Below the pieces are notes generated by a model, which had not been told where the DNA came from, made no database searches, and saw only the letters and a list, made by a program, of their open reading frames with translations. Positions 54,241 to 63,900 of a DNA stretch of 64,000 nt are shown here, piece by piece. Numbering within the stretch: the first letter of the stretch is position 1; each line of letters starts with the position of its first letter. The translations under genes and the position numbers were made by a program. Source of the stretch: a virus; IMG/VR virus record IMGVR_UViG_3300036760_000069, positions 1 through 64,000 of that record, one strand, 5' to 3'.

Positions 54241-54777
54241 ATGGTAAAAATCTGTACAAAATGTAAACGAAAACTCACACTGAAGTCGTTTAATAAATCC
54301 TCCGGCAAACGCTTTGGCCGGCATAATCTTTGTAGAGTCTGTCATCGTATTGATTCTCAAAGGCGGTATATTCCACGCCCACGAATTAAGAAAACGCACT
54401 GCAAGCAGTGCGCTGTTCGCCTTACAAACGAGAACTGGGCTCCGTCTTGCAGGGATAGCCGTAGCTATTCGTGTAGAACGTGCCATAACGCGATGTGCAG
54501 GCAACGCAACCTTCGCATGAGACTTGAGGTGTTGAGCGCTTACGGAGCTATATGCGTCTGTTGTGGAGAGACTCGGCAACAGTTCCTTGGGTTTGATCAT
54601 ATCAATGGGGGTGGTACTCAGCACCGCAGAGAAGTTGGAGATGGCGACCAATTCTATAGGTGGTTGAGGCGTGAAGATTACCCTCTTGGCATTGTTCAGG
54701 TGATGTGCCACAACTGTAACATGGCAAAAGGCTTCTATGGCCAGTGCCCGCACGTTCTTGAACAGAAAACACATTAA
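54241..54777 (+). CDS. HNH-type endonuclease with Zn fingers, opposite strand
   Basis: CVCCG...DHING...CHNCN; low GC; own promoter. Confidence 0.85.
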   Translation: MVKICTKCKRKLTLKSFNKSSGKRFGRHNLCRVCHRIDSQRRYIPRPRIKKTHCKQCAVRLTNENWAPSCRDSRSYSCRTCHNAMCRQRNLRMRLEVLSAYGAICVCCGETRQQFLGFDHINGGGTQHRREVGDGDQFYRWLRREDYPLGIVQVMCHNCNMAKGFYGQCPHVLEQKTH

Positions 54778-56357
54778 GCAGCCCTTCCTGGAGTATATCG
54801 TATAGCCGTGTCCATCACCGCGAAATTCTGCCCCGCTCCGCTGTTATACCCAATCAGTTTAGTGAAGATCGCCTCGCCAGTCAATTCATGTTTCACGGTC
54901 GAGACGGTCTTGCCGGCCATCACATCAGCGTCCAGCGACATCGACCCGACCGCCCCACCAGGGGTATTCATCGAATAGGCCAGCGTCTGACTCAGCACGC
55001 CATCCCGATGTACCTCCATCGTCAGATCCCAATTCCCTTGCGGGTCCATGGTGAGCTGCAACTCATGCAGGTTCGAGAACTGCCCGACCCCACTGGGCGC
55101 GACCGGCGGACACTCGTACTGTCCGTTGTACCCCGCCCCATTCTTGCTCCGTGTAGCCTGATCCATGTCGTAGAGATTCCCCGAGCTGTCGCCGAAGCAG
55201 GGTTTGAGGATCGCCGTGGTGGTCGCCCGACGCATCCCCAGCGCAGGGCAGGTGTCCCGGCTCGACCAGAAGAACTTCGGCGCGCCTGGCATGTGCAGGT
55301 CGAGGATGATCCGCGCATCGCAGACGGTGCTGGTGCCGGACGGCACGGCGAAGTGCAATTGCCGTTTGGATCCATACCAGCGTCCACGGACAAGATCCAG
55401 CCGGCTCAGGTTCAGCTTTTCCTTGATGAACTGCGCGGTCTCCATCGGGAGGAAGGGTGGCACCGAGACCTGCCCCTGCGTCTGAATCTGCGAGAGCGAA
55501 TAGAGAAAGCCGTCCGTGGCGAGCATGACAATATCGTCCTCGATCACCACCGCACTCTCGGGGCTGGCCACCCCGATGGCCTCGGTGATCTTCGGCACGC
55601 TCCAGTTGGCGATCGAGGGGTCCGTATCGTTCAGGACAAAAATGCCACGAGGGAACTTCCACAGGTAGAGGATTTCCCGCCAGGAGGCCCCGGCGACCAA
55701 CCGTTCCCCTGAACCAGGATAGACGGGCTGGACAAACGATTCGCCTCCGTTATAATCGTTCTCGGAGCCGGGGACCGTGCCGTAGATGTTATGGGGAAAG
55801 TTGGCGTTGCCGAACCCGATCATGCGTGCCCGGTGTGAGACCGGCGTGGTCGGCCAGTTGGCTACCGTCCAGTCCAGCGGGAGTTGTCCGGGCCCGCCGC
55901 CACCCGTCAGTACCGTGGCCGTGGCCCCACCCGTGTACGACATAGGATTGTCGAGGTTGCTGAAAATGTAGAGCGTCTTAGTGGTGCCGTTCCATCCCTC
56001 GGAAAAGGTGATGTAGCTCCCCGTCGTCAAGCCGGAGATCAGCGTCTTCACAACCGCCCCCGATGCGGGCACGACCACGATGCTGACCGAGATGCCGTTG
56101 TCGATGGCGGTAATGTCCTCCTGCACACCTGCCCCAGAGATGAACTGCCAATGCGCCTTGACCGCCCAGGTGCCAGCCCCGCCCGAGAGAGGCGTGGTGT
56201 TGACCAACGCCGCACCGGGCTCCTTCTCGATGAGGTCACGCTCCACTGTCACAGTGTCGGCATAGGTCAGGTCGGAGGTTGGCATCCTGGTCAAGGCCTT
56301 GCTCCGATTGATCCCCCCGGCACCGCCAGGAATCGTGATGGTTTGCAGATCACGCAT
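54774..56357 (-). CDS. Tail nozzle / stabilisation protein (P22 gp10 / T7 gp12-like)
   Basis: 527 aa beta-propeller-like; GAGGIN start; follows the adaptor. Confidence 0.7.
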   Translation of the reverse strand: MRDLQTITIPGGAGGINRSKALTRMPTSDLTYADTVTVERDLIEKEPGAALVNTTPLSGGAGTWAVKAHWQFISGAGVQEDITAIDNGISVSIVVVPASGAVVKTLISGLTTGSYITFSEGWNGTTKTLYIFSNLDNPMSYTGGATATVLTGGGGPGQLPLDWTVANWPTTPVSHRARMIGFGNANFPHNIYGTVPGSENDYNGGESFVQPVYPGSGERLVAGASWREILYLWKFPRGIFVLNDTDPSIANWSVPKITEAIGVASPESAVVIEDDIVMLATDGFLYSLSQIQTQGQVSVPPFLPMETAQFIKEKLNLSRLDLVRGRWYGSKRQLHFAVPSGTSTVCDARIILDLHMPGAPKFFWSSRDTCPALGMRRATTTAILKPCFGDSSGNLYDMDQATRSKNGAGYNGQYECPPVAPSGVGQFSNLHELQLTMDPQGNWDLTMEVHRDGVLSQTLAYSMNTPGGAVGSMSLDADVMAGKTVSTVKHELTGEAIFTKLIGYNSGAGQNFAVMDTAIRYTPGRAA

Positions 56358-56360
56358 AAA

Positions 56361-57269
56361 TCAGACCCCCAACCCGAATCGCGGACGGAACCAGAGCCGT
56401 TGCTTCGAGGTCGGCTTGAGGTAGGTGTCGACCATCTGGGCAATCTTCTGGTCGGCGCGGATCCACGCCGAGTCCGCAAGGTTGTCGTTCTTCCCCCGCC
56501 AGAGATGCCACTTGGCCCGCTCGGCGATCACCCACCGATCTTGGAGCGGGAGGACCGGCGTATCCGTCCCTGCCACCCCGTCATAGGTCAACGTCTGGAA
56601 CTTTGTAAACTCGTATTCCATATTGACCTGCAACTCCGTCCAGGGGGCAATCTGGATCTGGATAGACTTCGCCGCCCCGCCGCCTGGATCGTAGTCGCGG
56701 ATGATCGTTGCCACTTCCGTCAGACCTACGGCCGCGACCCGTGCCCAACCGTACTTGGCCTTAAACTCGTTTTCGTTGATGAGCGCGACTTCCCCCTCAT
56801 ACTGCCCGCGCAGATAGAGCGGCCCCCAGACCTTCATGGCCGACGAGTCCAGCGCGTATTCGTCCTGATAGATGACCCCCGCCCCGGATGCCTGTGTCTC
56901 TACATAGGTCGCGTCCAGCGTCAGCACCGCCGTCCCCGCTGTGTGCGCGCTGATGCGGTACATGGCCTGGTTCGCCGTGACGTAGAACTTTCTCCCGGCC
57001 TGCGAGGTCGCAATCACGGCCGACAGCGTGACCGTCGTTCCGACAATGCTGGAGACGGTGACATTCTGGCTGGCAACCGTCGTCACCACCTTGGGGGGGT
57101 GCCCCAGCGCGAACCGCCACTTGTTCAGGCACAGGATCTCCCAGTAGTTGAGATTGAGGGCCGCTTTGGCGCGGGTCGCATAATCGTCTGAGGTGGACGT
57201 ACTCTGTCCCACATCCTTCATCAGGTACTGAAAGAGGTCAAGCCCGGTGGCGAGGTCGTCGAGGGCCAT
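56361..57269 (-). CDS. Head-tail adaptor (tubular protein A-like)
   Basis: LNLNY...WRF...DTPVLP pattern. Confidence 0.65.
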   Translation of the reverse strand: MALDDLATGLDLFQYLMKDVGQSTSTSDDYATRAKAALNLNYWEILCLNKWRFALGHPPKVVTTVASQNVTVSSIVGTTVTLSAVIATSQAGRKFYVTANQAMYRISAHTAGTAVLTLDATYVETQASGAGVIYQDEYALDSSAMKVWGPLYLRGQYEGEVALINENEFKAKYGWARVAAVGLTEVATIIRDYDPGGGAAKSIQIQIAPWTELQVNMEYEFTKFQTLTYDGVAGTDTPVLPLQDRWVIAERAKWHLWRGKNDNLADSAWIRADQKIAQMVDTYLKPTSKQRLWFRPRFGLGV

Positions 57270-57592
57270 CAGTCAAGCTGCAGCCCCTTCTCGGCCTTAT
57301 CAGCCGTGCGGCTTTCCTTGGCCTCCTCCAGATCCCCCTCGATGCCGTGATCGCACTCGCAGGAGTTGACCTCCATGGAGATATTCGCCGGCCCGTACTG
57401 GTCGCTGGCGCGCACGCTCTTGATCCGCCCCGTCAGCGTCACCGTGACCTTCTTGCCGACGTGGATGGCGGGCAATGTCGTGCCGTCCGGGAAGTCAATG
57501 TTCGCGCTCGGTTTAGACTTCATCGGCATCGAGGCCATCGCCCCGCCGCCGCTCCGATGCTCCACGATCACCCGACGAGTTTTTTCTGCCAT
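57269..57592 (-). CDS. Hypothetical protein
   Basis: GAGGAG RBS. Confidence 0.55.
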   Translation of the reverse strand: MAEKTRRVIVEHRSGGGAMASMPMKSKPSANIDFPDGTTLPAIHVGKKVTVTLTGRIKSVRASDQYGPANISMEVNSCECDHGIEGDLEEAKESRTADKAEKGLQLD

Positions 57593-57906
57593 GCTGGCGA
57601 CTCCTCTTTATGAGACGGCTCCATGCCGCAGTAGACACGATCTCCCGTTAAGGTAAAACAAGCCGCCTTCATCCACTTGATGAGATAGAGCTGGTCGGCC
57701 TTCCGAATGACCAGGCACCGCTCCGTGCCGCACGGAATCTCGATCGGGGCCATCTCGTACTCAGGGAACGCGGGGAGCAAGGCCGGGTCCAGCTTCGACA
57801 CGGCGTTCTGGGGCGCGCACCCGCAGATCACCCCCAGCATCGCCGCTCTCAGCCATCCACTTGCCTGCCTCCGCCACCCGCCGGAGTCCTGCGTTTTCCA
57901 GTTCAC
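57568..57906 (-). CDS. Outer-membrane spanin (Rz1-like lipoprotein)
   Basis: Lipobox-like VICGC; overlaps the preceding gene out of frame. Confidence 0.55.
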   Translation of the reverse strand: MNWKTQDSGGWRRQASGWLRAAMLGVICGCAPQNAVSKLDPALLPAFPEYEMAPIEIPCGTERCLVIRKADQLYLIKWMKAACFTLTGDRVYCGMEPSHKEESPAWQKKLVG

Positions 57907-58012
57907 GCTCGACCAGCTCCTTAAAGTCCGCCCGTCCCTGATAATACTGCACCGTGGCGACCGCCAGCCGGATCAGGAGGGCTTGTACGGCCGCCCACGC
58001 TGCCGCCCCCAC
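57761..58012 (-). CDS. Inner-membrane spanin (Rz-like)
   Basis: N-terminal hydrophobic helix then helical tail; follows the holin. Confidence 0.5.
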   Translation of the reverse strand: MGAAAWAAVQALLIRLAVATVQYYQGRADFKELVERELENAGLRRVAEAGKWMAESGDAGGDLRVRAPERRVEAGPGLAPRVP

Positions 58013-58225
58013 TTAGCCGACCTTGGTGGCCTCGCCCGGCTTCTGCGCGTTGCTCACGTTGCCGTCCTTGGCCGCGATCAGCCCAAAAGCAATGGCGAGA
58101 GCGCATAGCGAGTGGAGCAGAACATTGTACTTCTCCGGCAACACGCCCGAGAGTTCGGTGCCGGAACAGACCAGCACGACTACCCCGGCGAGGGTCGTCC
58201 AGATGTTGGTAAAGATCGTTTTCAT
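58013..58225 (-). CDS. Holin
   Basis: 70 aa, two TM helices, NIWTTLAG. Confidence 0.65.
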   Translation of the reverse strand: MKTIFTNIWTTLAGVVVLVCSGTELSGVLPEKYNVLLHSLCALAIAFGLIAAKDGNVSNAQKPGEATKVG

Positions 58226-58268
58226 AATGTTCTCCTTGGGTTATTTGGGAATTATCCCTTTAACTCCC

Positions 58269-58550
58269 TTACTCAAGAATTGCGCCAAGATTCTCGATCT
58301 TTAGGCTGTGCGTGCTGATACGCAATGGATCGGGAACACCATTCGGCGCGTATTGGCTACCGGACGCCTCAACCCTCACGATTTGGTTGTCAGGATAGAC
58401 AGCCAATGTCGCCGCGATGGTCGCCGCAGCGTTGTTCTTGGCAAGTTGTTCAGGATTTTCCATGTTCATCCGATCAATATTCGCTAAATCAGCCGCCAGT
58501 TTCACCGCTACTGCCTTGGGCTTTCCTAATGCGCTTACACTCCAACTCAT
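58269..58550 (-). CDS. Hypothetical low-GC insertion in the lysis module
   Basis: GGAGG RBS, 93 aa. Confidence 0.6.
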   Translation of the reverse strand: MSWSVSALGKPKAVAVKLAADLANIDRMNMENPEQLAKNNAAATIAATLAVYPDNQIVRVEASGSQYAPNGVPDPLRISTHSLKIENLGAILE

Positions 58551-58603
58551 TTTGTACCTCCTGGTTGCCCCTCGCTTGAGGGAGTTAACGATATAATTCC
58601 CGG

Positions 58604-58873
58604 TTATTTCCGTTGCCGCAATTTCTCGATGCCCCGTGGCTCCTTTGTCCAGAGATCCTTCGCCTTCTCTGGGTTGGCATGAACGTAGGTGAGCGCGTCC
58701 ATGCTGTCAATCATCTCCTCATGCTGAACATAGCTGAAATACGTCATCGCGGCCAACAAGAGCATGACCATCAGCATCATCATGCCGCGCATCCCGCGAG
58801 CTTCCATCTGGAGCTTACCGAACTTGACCCCAAAACTCTGCCCGCCATGAATGTCGACCGTCTTCTCAGCCAA
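58604..58873 (-). CDS. Membrane protein of the lysis module
   Basis: TTG start after GGAGG; one TM helix. Confidence 0.5.
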   Translation of the reverse strand: MAEKTVDIHGGQSFGVKFGKLQMEARGMRGMMMLMVMLLLAAMTYFSYVQHEEMIDSMDALTYVHANPEKAKDLWTKEPRGIEKLRQRK

Positions 58874-58875
58874 AG

Positions 58876-59361
58876 TTAGACCTCCACGACCTTGATGTTG
58901 GACAATGTGGCGCATTCCAAATGGCACTTGGGGAGACCGCCCTCCTCCCACAGCACCACGACGATCACCCCTTCACGTTGATAACTCTCGATCGCCTCTC
59001 GCACCTGCGCGTTGACGGATGATGGTTGGAGATCCACGCAGGGGCACGGCAGTAAAAGATGGTGCGAAATAGCCCTCGCCAACTCAGGGTTCAGCGTCAT
59101 CGCCTGAAACAACTCCTCGCCGATCCGCTCCACCGTCACCCATTCCGGGTGGGCGTCAACCAGCGCCTGCAACGCCTGTCCATGCCGGTAGGTCTTGCCG
59201 ATAAAGTTGCGCCGTTGCACCACATTGACCGCCATGGCTCGCGCCTGCCCCGCCACGCTCCGGTGCCCACTGGTCGGCACCGCTCCCAGGCGTACCAAGT
59301 CGGCACAAACCGATTCGGCGTCGGTGGTAAGACTCATTTCGTCGCCGTCTTGCGTGAGCAT
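58876..59361 (-). CDS. Putative endolysin, M15-like Zn peptidase
   Basis: TSGHRS...Q, SHHL..DL, HLE. Confidence 0.55.
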   Translation of the reverse strand: MLTQDGDEMSLTTDAESVCADLVRLGAVPTSGHRSVAGQARAMAVNVVQRRNFIGKTYRHGQALQALVDAHPEWVTVERIGEELFQAMTLNPELARAISHHLLLPCPCVDLQPSSVNAQVREAIESYQREGVIVVVLWEEGGLPKCHLECATLSNIKVVEV

Positions 59362-59383
59362 GGGGTCACCCTGCCAACAGCAT

Positions 59384-60898
59384 TTAGTCGTCCCTCCCGC
59401 GCCGATCAATCCAGCCGGTTGTAGCAATCACCAAGGCATCGGAGCCTGCACTCGCACTAAATCGAGACCGAATAGACGCACTGGTGTCTGTCCATATCCC
59501 CAGTTGTGCGAACGGGCCTCCCGTGAGATTCCCCCCGTATCCCATATTCCCTAATGGAGCCACCGTGAGACTGGCGGCGGCATCCGTAATAGCCAAATCC
59601 GACAAGAGGCAGTTAAGTCCTGCCGTCGTGACACTTTTGGCTTGGGCATTCATCACGGCCTTGACGCGCACACCTGTGGGCACCGTCAAGACTCGCGTGA
59701 CCGCCGCCGTCCCTGGGTTCGTCACATTCACGTCAAGGATGGCTACGTCCCAGGTAAAGTCGTCGCTCACCTGCGAGAACTTCACCCACTGGGCCGAGCC
59801 GTTGGTCAGCCCCGAGCCGATCCGACGCTTGTAATCGTAGTTGGCGGGCATCGTCGGCGCGGTCGCACTCAACGAGATCAGCACGTCAGTCACGCCTGTA
59901 TTGCTGCGCAGAATGGCCCAGAAGTGATACCAGGTCGAGTTCGCAATCGCGCCGGTGTCGAGGCCCCCCGCTGCCGTGCCGACAGACCACGCCGAGGTCG
60001 TTTTCGCAATCGCGGCGACCGTGATATTCTTGGCGTTCGTGCTGTCCAGACAGGTTCCAGCGGCAATGGACATGGTGGCAGAACTGCCCGCCGTCGACAT
60101 GCCCAACCCGGCGAGATAGGAGCGCGGCAGCGACACAATGTCCGACACCAGCGTCTTCTTCTTTTTGTTTGAGTCTGAGACATCGGCGATGGCGACATAA
60201 TCACCTGATGCCGCTATTACCGTCGTCAGATCGTTGACCACCGAATCATTCAGCATCGCGCCGGTAATGGCCCCCGCCACGACGCCCACCGCGTTCTCGC
60301 TCGTCCCCAATGCCCCCAACGTCGCCCGCGCCGCCGCCGCCGTGGTGTCGTCCAGCACCGTCGTCATAAACGCCGTCACGGGCGGGCTGGTCAGGCCCCC
60401 GCTACTGGCAATCGGATTGCCGGAGGCGTCGAACGCCAGGAACTTGCTCGCCCGATCCGTCGCCGACGGCAGGGTCGTCTTCGCCGCTGTCCCCACCTCC
60501 GTCTCCGGCAGATGCAACGAGCGGTTCACCATATCCTCGATCTGCTGGACCATCCGCACGCTCTGATCGAACGTGTCCTCGATCGTCTCCAGGTTGAACG
60601 CGCCCTGGTTGCGAAGGTCCGCGCTCTGCTGCGTGGTGCGCTTGAAGCGCAGCGTCAACAGGTAGTTCAACGTGAGATTGCCCGCGACCAGGGTAATGGT
60701 CCCGCCGTTCGGGTTGTTGATGTCCGCCGCCGGGATTGTAAAGTCCGTGGTGTAGACGAGCGTCGTCTCCACGCCAGCCGTATCGGCCTTCGTGACCAGC
60801 AGGTCCGTTGCGGCAAAGATTTTAAAGCCAAAGGCATAGGCCGCCAGGGCGCCCGTGCCGATGTAGTCGTTGCGGGGAGGGGTCGTGGAGAAGGACAT
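59384..60898 (-). CDS. Tail fibre with T7-gp17-like anchor domain
   Basis: YIGTG...FGFKIF...DLLV N-terminus, E..FD...Q linker, tip shared with 1..535. Confidence 0.8.
   Translation of the reverse strand: MSFSTTPPRNDYIGTGALAAYAFGFKIFAATDLLVTKADTAGVETTLVYTTDFTIPAADINNPNGGTITLVAGNLTLNYLLTLRFKRTTQQSADLRNQGAFNLETIEDTFDQSVRMVQQIEDMVNRSLHLPETEVGTAAKTTLPSATDRASKFLAFDASGNPIASSGGLTSPPVTAFMTTVLDDTTAAAARATLGALGTSENAVGVVAGAITGAMLNDSVVNDLTTVIAASGDYVAIADVSDSNKKKKTLVSDIVSLPRSYLAGLGMSTAGSSATMSIAAGTCLDSTNAKNITVAAIAKTTSAWSVGTAAGGLDTGAIANSTWYHFWAILRSNTGVTDVLISLSATAPTMPANYDYKRRIGSGLTNGSAQWVKFSQVSDDFTWDVAILDVNVTNPGTAAVTRVLTVPTGVRVKAVMNAQAKSVTTAGLNCLLSDLAITDAAASLTVAPLGNMGYGGNLTGGPFAQLGIWTDTSASIRSRFSASAGSDALVIATTGWIDRRGRDD
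59599..59812. repeat. Direct repeat, copy 2
   Basis: Matches 1..214 with 2 mismatches. Confidence 0.95.
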
Positions 60899-60939
60899 GG
60901 GTTACCTCTCGTCTTTCGGTCGTTTGTAGAGCATTTCTT

Positions 60940-63900
60940 TCACGGGTGCGGCATCCCTCGCTTGGGGACTGGCCCCAGCCGACTAGAGGAGGGCCGCTCC
61001 CCTGTCAGATTTTCGCGGGTCGTTCCCAGCTTCTCTAAATATCGCTTGGTAAAGTCTTGATGTGAGTCCATGAACAACTTAAAAGCTTGCTGGCGATAGA
61101 GCGTGGACAGATCCTCGATCAGTGTCTTTTTTCCGGTTCCGCCCGTGGCGCTATCCGTGCGGGCTGTATAGGTCGGCCCCATCTGATCGTCGAATAAGGC
61201 CTTCATGCCGTCATGGAGCGTCAGGCCCTTGATGGTTGCTTCCTTCCCGAAGATATGCACGAGATCGTGATACTCGTCCGAGGTCAACCGAATGCCATCA
61301 ATCACGTGCGGCGGCATCGACGGCGAGGCTTTCTGTTTCACCATTTCCTCGGCCACTGGATCAGTCTTGGCACGCTTGAGAAAGACCGGCGAGACGAGAT
61401 CAACGGGCCAGCCTTCCGTCAGAATCGGGTCGCCGAAGAAGTCCAGTTTTGGCTTGAGGGTGGCGCTGACGCTGGGAATGCGCGACTCGACACTCTCCAG
61501 AGCCGTGTTGACTTCTCGCTGCTGCGTTTCAAAGAAGGCCTTATTGATACCTGAGACGATACCGGGAATCAGCACCGACGCATGTTCCTTCTCGCGCTTG
61601 GCGATGATCTGGCCGGTCTGATCCGGATTACGGGCCGCTTCCTCGATGGCGTCAATGTACTTCGCAATGCCCTGCACGTAGGTTTTGGATGTGATGATCC
61701 GCGCATTCGCCACGATCAGGACCGACGGGACGGACTCCCATGCAGATTGATCCGTCGCCTCTTGCATCAACATCACCGCGTCGGCCGCTTCGCCCAAACT
61801 CATGGCAATCGGATCGAGGCGGTTATAGCCCACCCACTGATCCCCGATCTTGACGGCATAGGGCTGGTGGGTCTGCAACCAGAGCTTGCGCGTGTCGGGA
61901 TCGCTCGGCCCTTTGCCGGTGATATAACCTCCGGATGCCAATGTGGCGCCGATGCCGGCCAGCCCAGCCCCCATGACGATCTTAGCTTGGGCGAGTTGAG
62001 CGCGTGTCCCGCCAGCGGTCAGATCATCCCGGAGGCTTTTTGCGGCTAGGTTGAGAATGGGCGTCCGTTCCCAGTAGTAATGGGCGATGTTGACCGGCGT
62101 TTTCACGAACGGGGCCACGCTGATTTTCAGCAGCGGATGCTCTTGCAGAAACGACTGAAGGCCCTGCCCGCCCCGGCTGAGTTCATCGGTAAACGTCTGC
62201 ACGGCACCAAACTGCTGCGCGGAGAGCTGAGCCTTGACTGACGGGCGCATAGTGAGATCAGCAATAGAGGAATTGATGGTGGCGGCATCGGTCAAGCTTT
62301 TTGCCGCCGTTTCCCGCACGGCCTGCGCCGCTATTTCCATGTTGTAGTTGATGCCGCGCATGAGGGCATCTTCGGTCTGGAGGGCCTTCGTCGGCACACG
62401 CAGCAGCATGCCAACACCTTGGGCGACACTGCCCAACCATCCAGCCCGGAGCGATTCAGGCACGTTCTGTCTGGCAAAGGCCGGCATGATGCCGCGATCG
62501 AGCTTGCTCTGCTGCCCTTGGGTCACACGATCCAGTAACTCCATGACGCCTGCTTTACCGTCCGTGCGGTAGGAATCGGCCACGGCCCGCCAGGCATTCT
62601 GCATGGTGCTGACCCAGGCCCGCCCCATCGCCAGCGCCTCCGTGGCCCGCACGCCTTCTCCGGGCAGCAAGCCAGCGATCTGGCGTTCCATGATGGCCTG
62701 CAACGGCGTCAGAAAGACCGAGCCGGTCAGGTTGACCGCATGGGTCGCCGGGTTCGAGAGATAGGAGAAATACACATACTCCTGCAGGAAGTCCGTCCAG
62801 TGCGGTTTGCTCAGGACTTCCGCGACGACGTTCTTGTCCACGTTCAGCATGATGTCGGCCAAGGCTTCCATTTCGCCGTCTTTGCCGACCGCTACGCCCG
62901 CTTTCTCCAGATCCCGCATCGCGGCGCGGTAGCGTTTCAACGGGTGCTGAATGGCGTCCTCGCGCATGATCCGAAGGGTTTGAGCCGCGTCCGTGCCCTT
63001 GCCGGCCGTGGCCTTGCCGATGGCCTGGTAGCGCGTCACGGCATCCAGGAATCCATCCTGCGACAACGTGCCCGCCTTGAACGCTGCGGCGGCCGTCTCG
63101 GCCTCCCGTTCTGACGCCTCTAGGAACAGCGCGTTCTTGTAGATTTCCTCCATCTTGACCTGCTGGCCGCGTAGCTCGGCGAGTAGATCGTCCGGCGTGG
63201 TCCGGCTCCAGGCGGCCATGAGCTTGGCGTCCTCAATCGGAATCGGCTTGGTGCCGCGTTCGAGTTCTCCCATCGTTTTCGTGCCGAATTGGGCCTTTTT
63301 CGTCTCCCACAGTGTTTGCTTGGCCTGCTCGATGGCCTCCGGCGTGGTGAGCGCATTGAAATCGATCTTCACCTGCTTGGTGCCCATCGGCACGGCTTGC
63401 GGATCGGCGGGAGACTTAGCCGAGATCGGCGTGACGGTGACGGCTGGATAGCGTTTCTCAATGTCGGCGAGTTGCGCCTGAAGTGCAGATTTCTGTGCAG
63501 GATCATTCGTCGCCTCAAGTTGCTGCTGGAGCGTGGCCCGCTGTTCGTTGGCACCTTGGCGTTCCAGTTTACTGATTTCGCTTTGCAACACAGTCTTGGC
63601 TGCATCATCCGGCGCGGCGGCCATCTGCTCGCGTAGGCTCTTGAGTTCAAGGTCACGGCCTTGCGTGATAATGTCCTGAGAGACAGACCCTTCTCCGGTG
63701 ATCCCTTTGGTGAAGGCAGAAGAAAACTGCTCGTTCAACGGACCCATATCTTTCTGCACGCTGGAGGTATAGGGTCGGGTCAGTGTTTCCGGTTGAACGT
63801 CACCGGAAATCCGATCCCACACCAGTTGCTCCTTGGGCGTAGATGGTGCTGTCCCTTCGGCAAACTTGTTTAAGGCGGCATCCACATCCTTGCGCGTCAA

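Noticed and set aside
54190-54774. Minus-strand 194-aa ORF as a real gene
   Set aside because: Shadow of the plus-strand HNH gene, which has the motifs and the promoter
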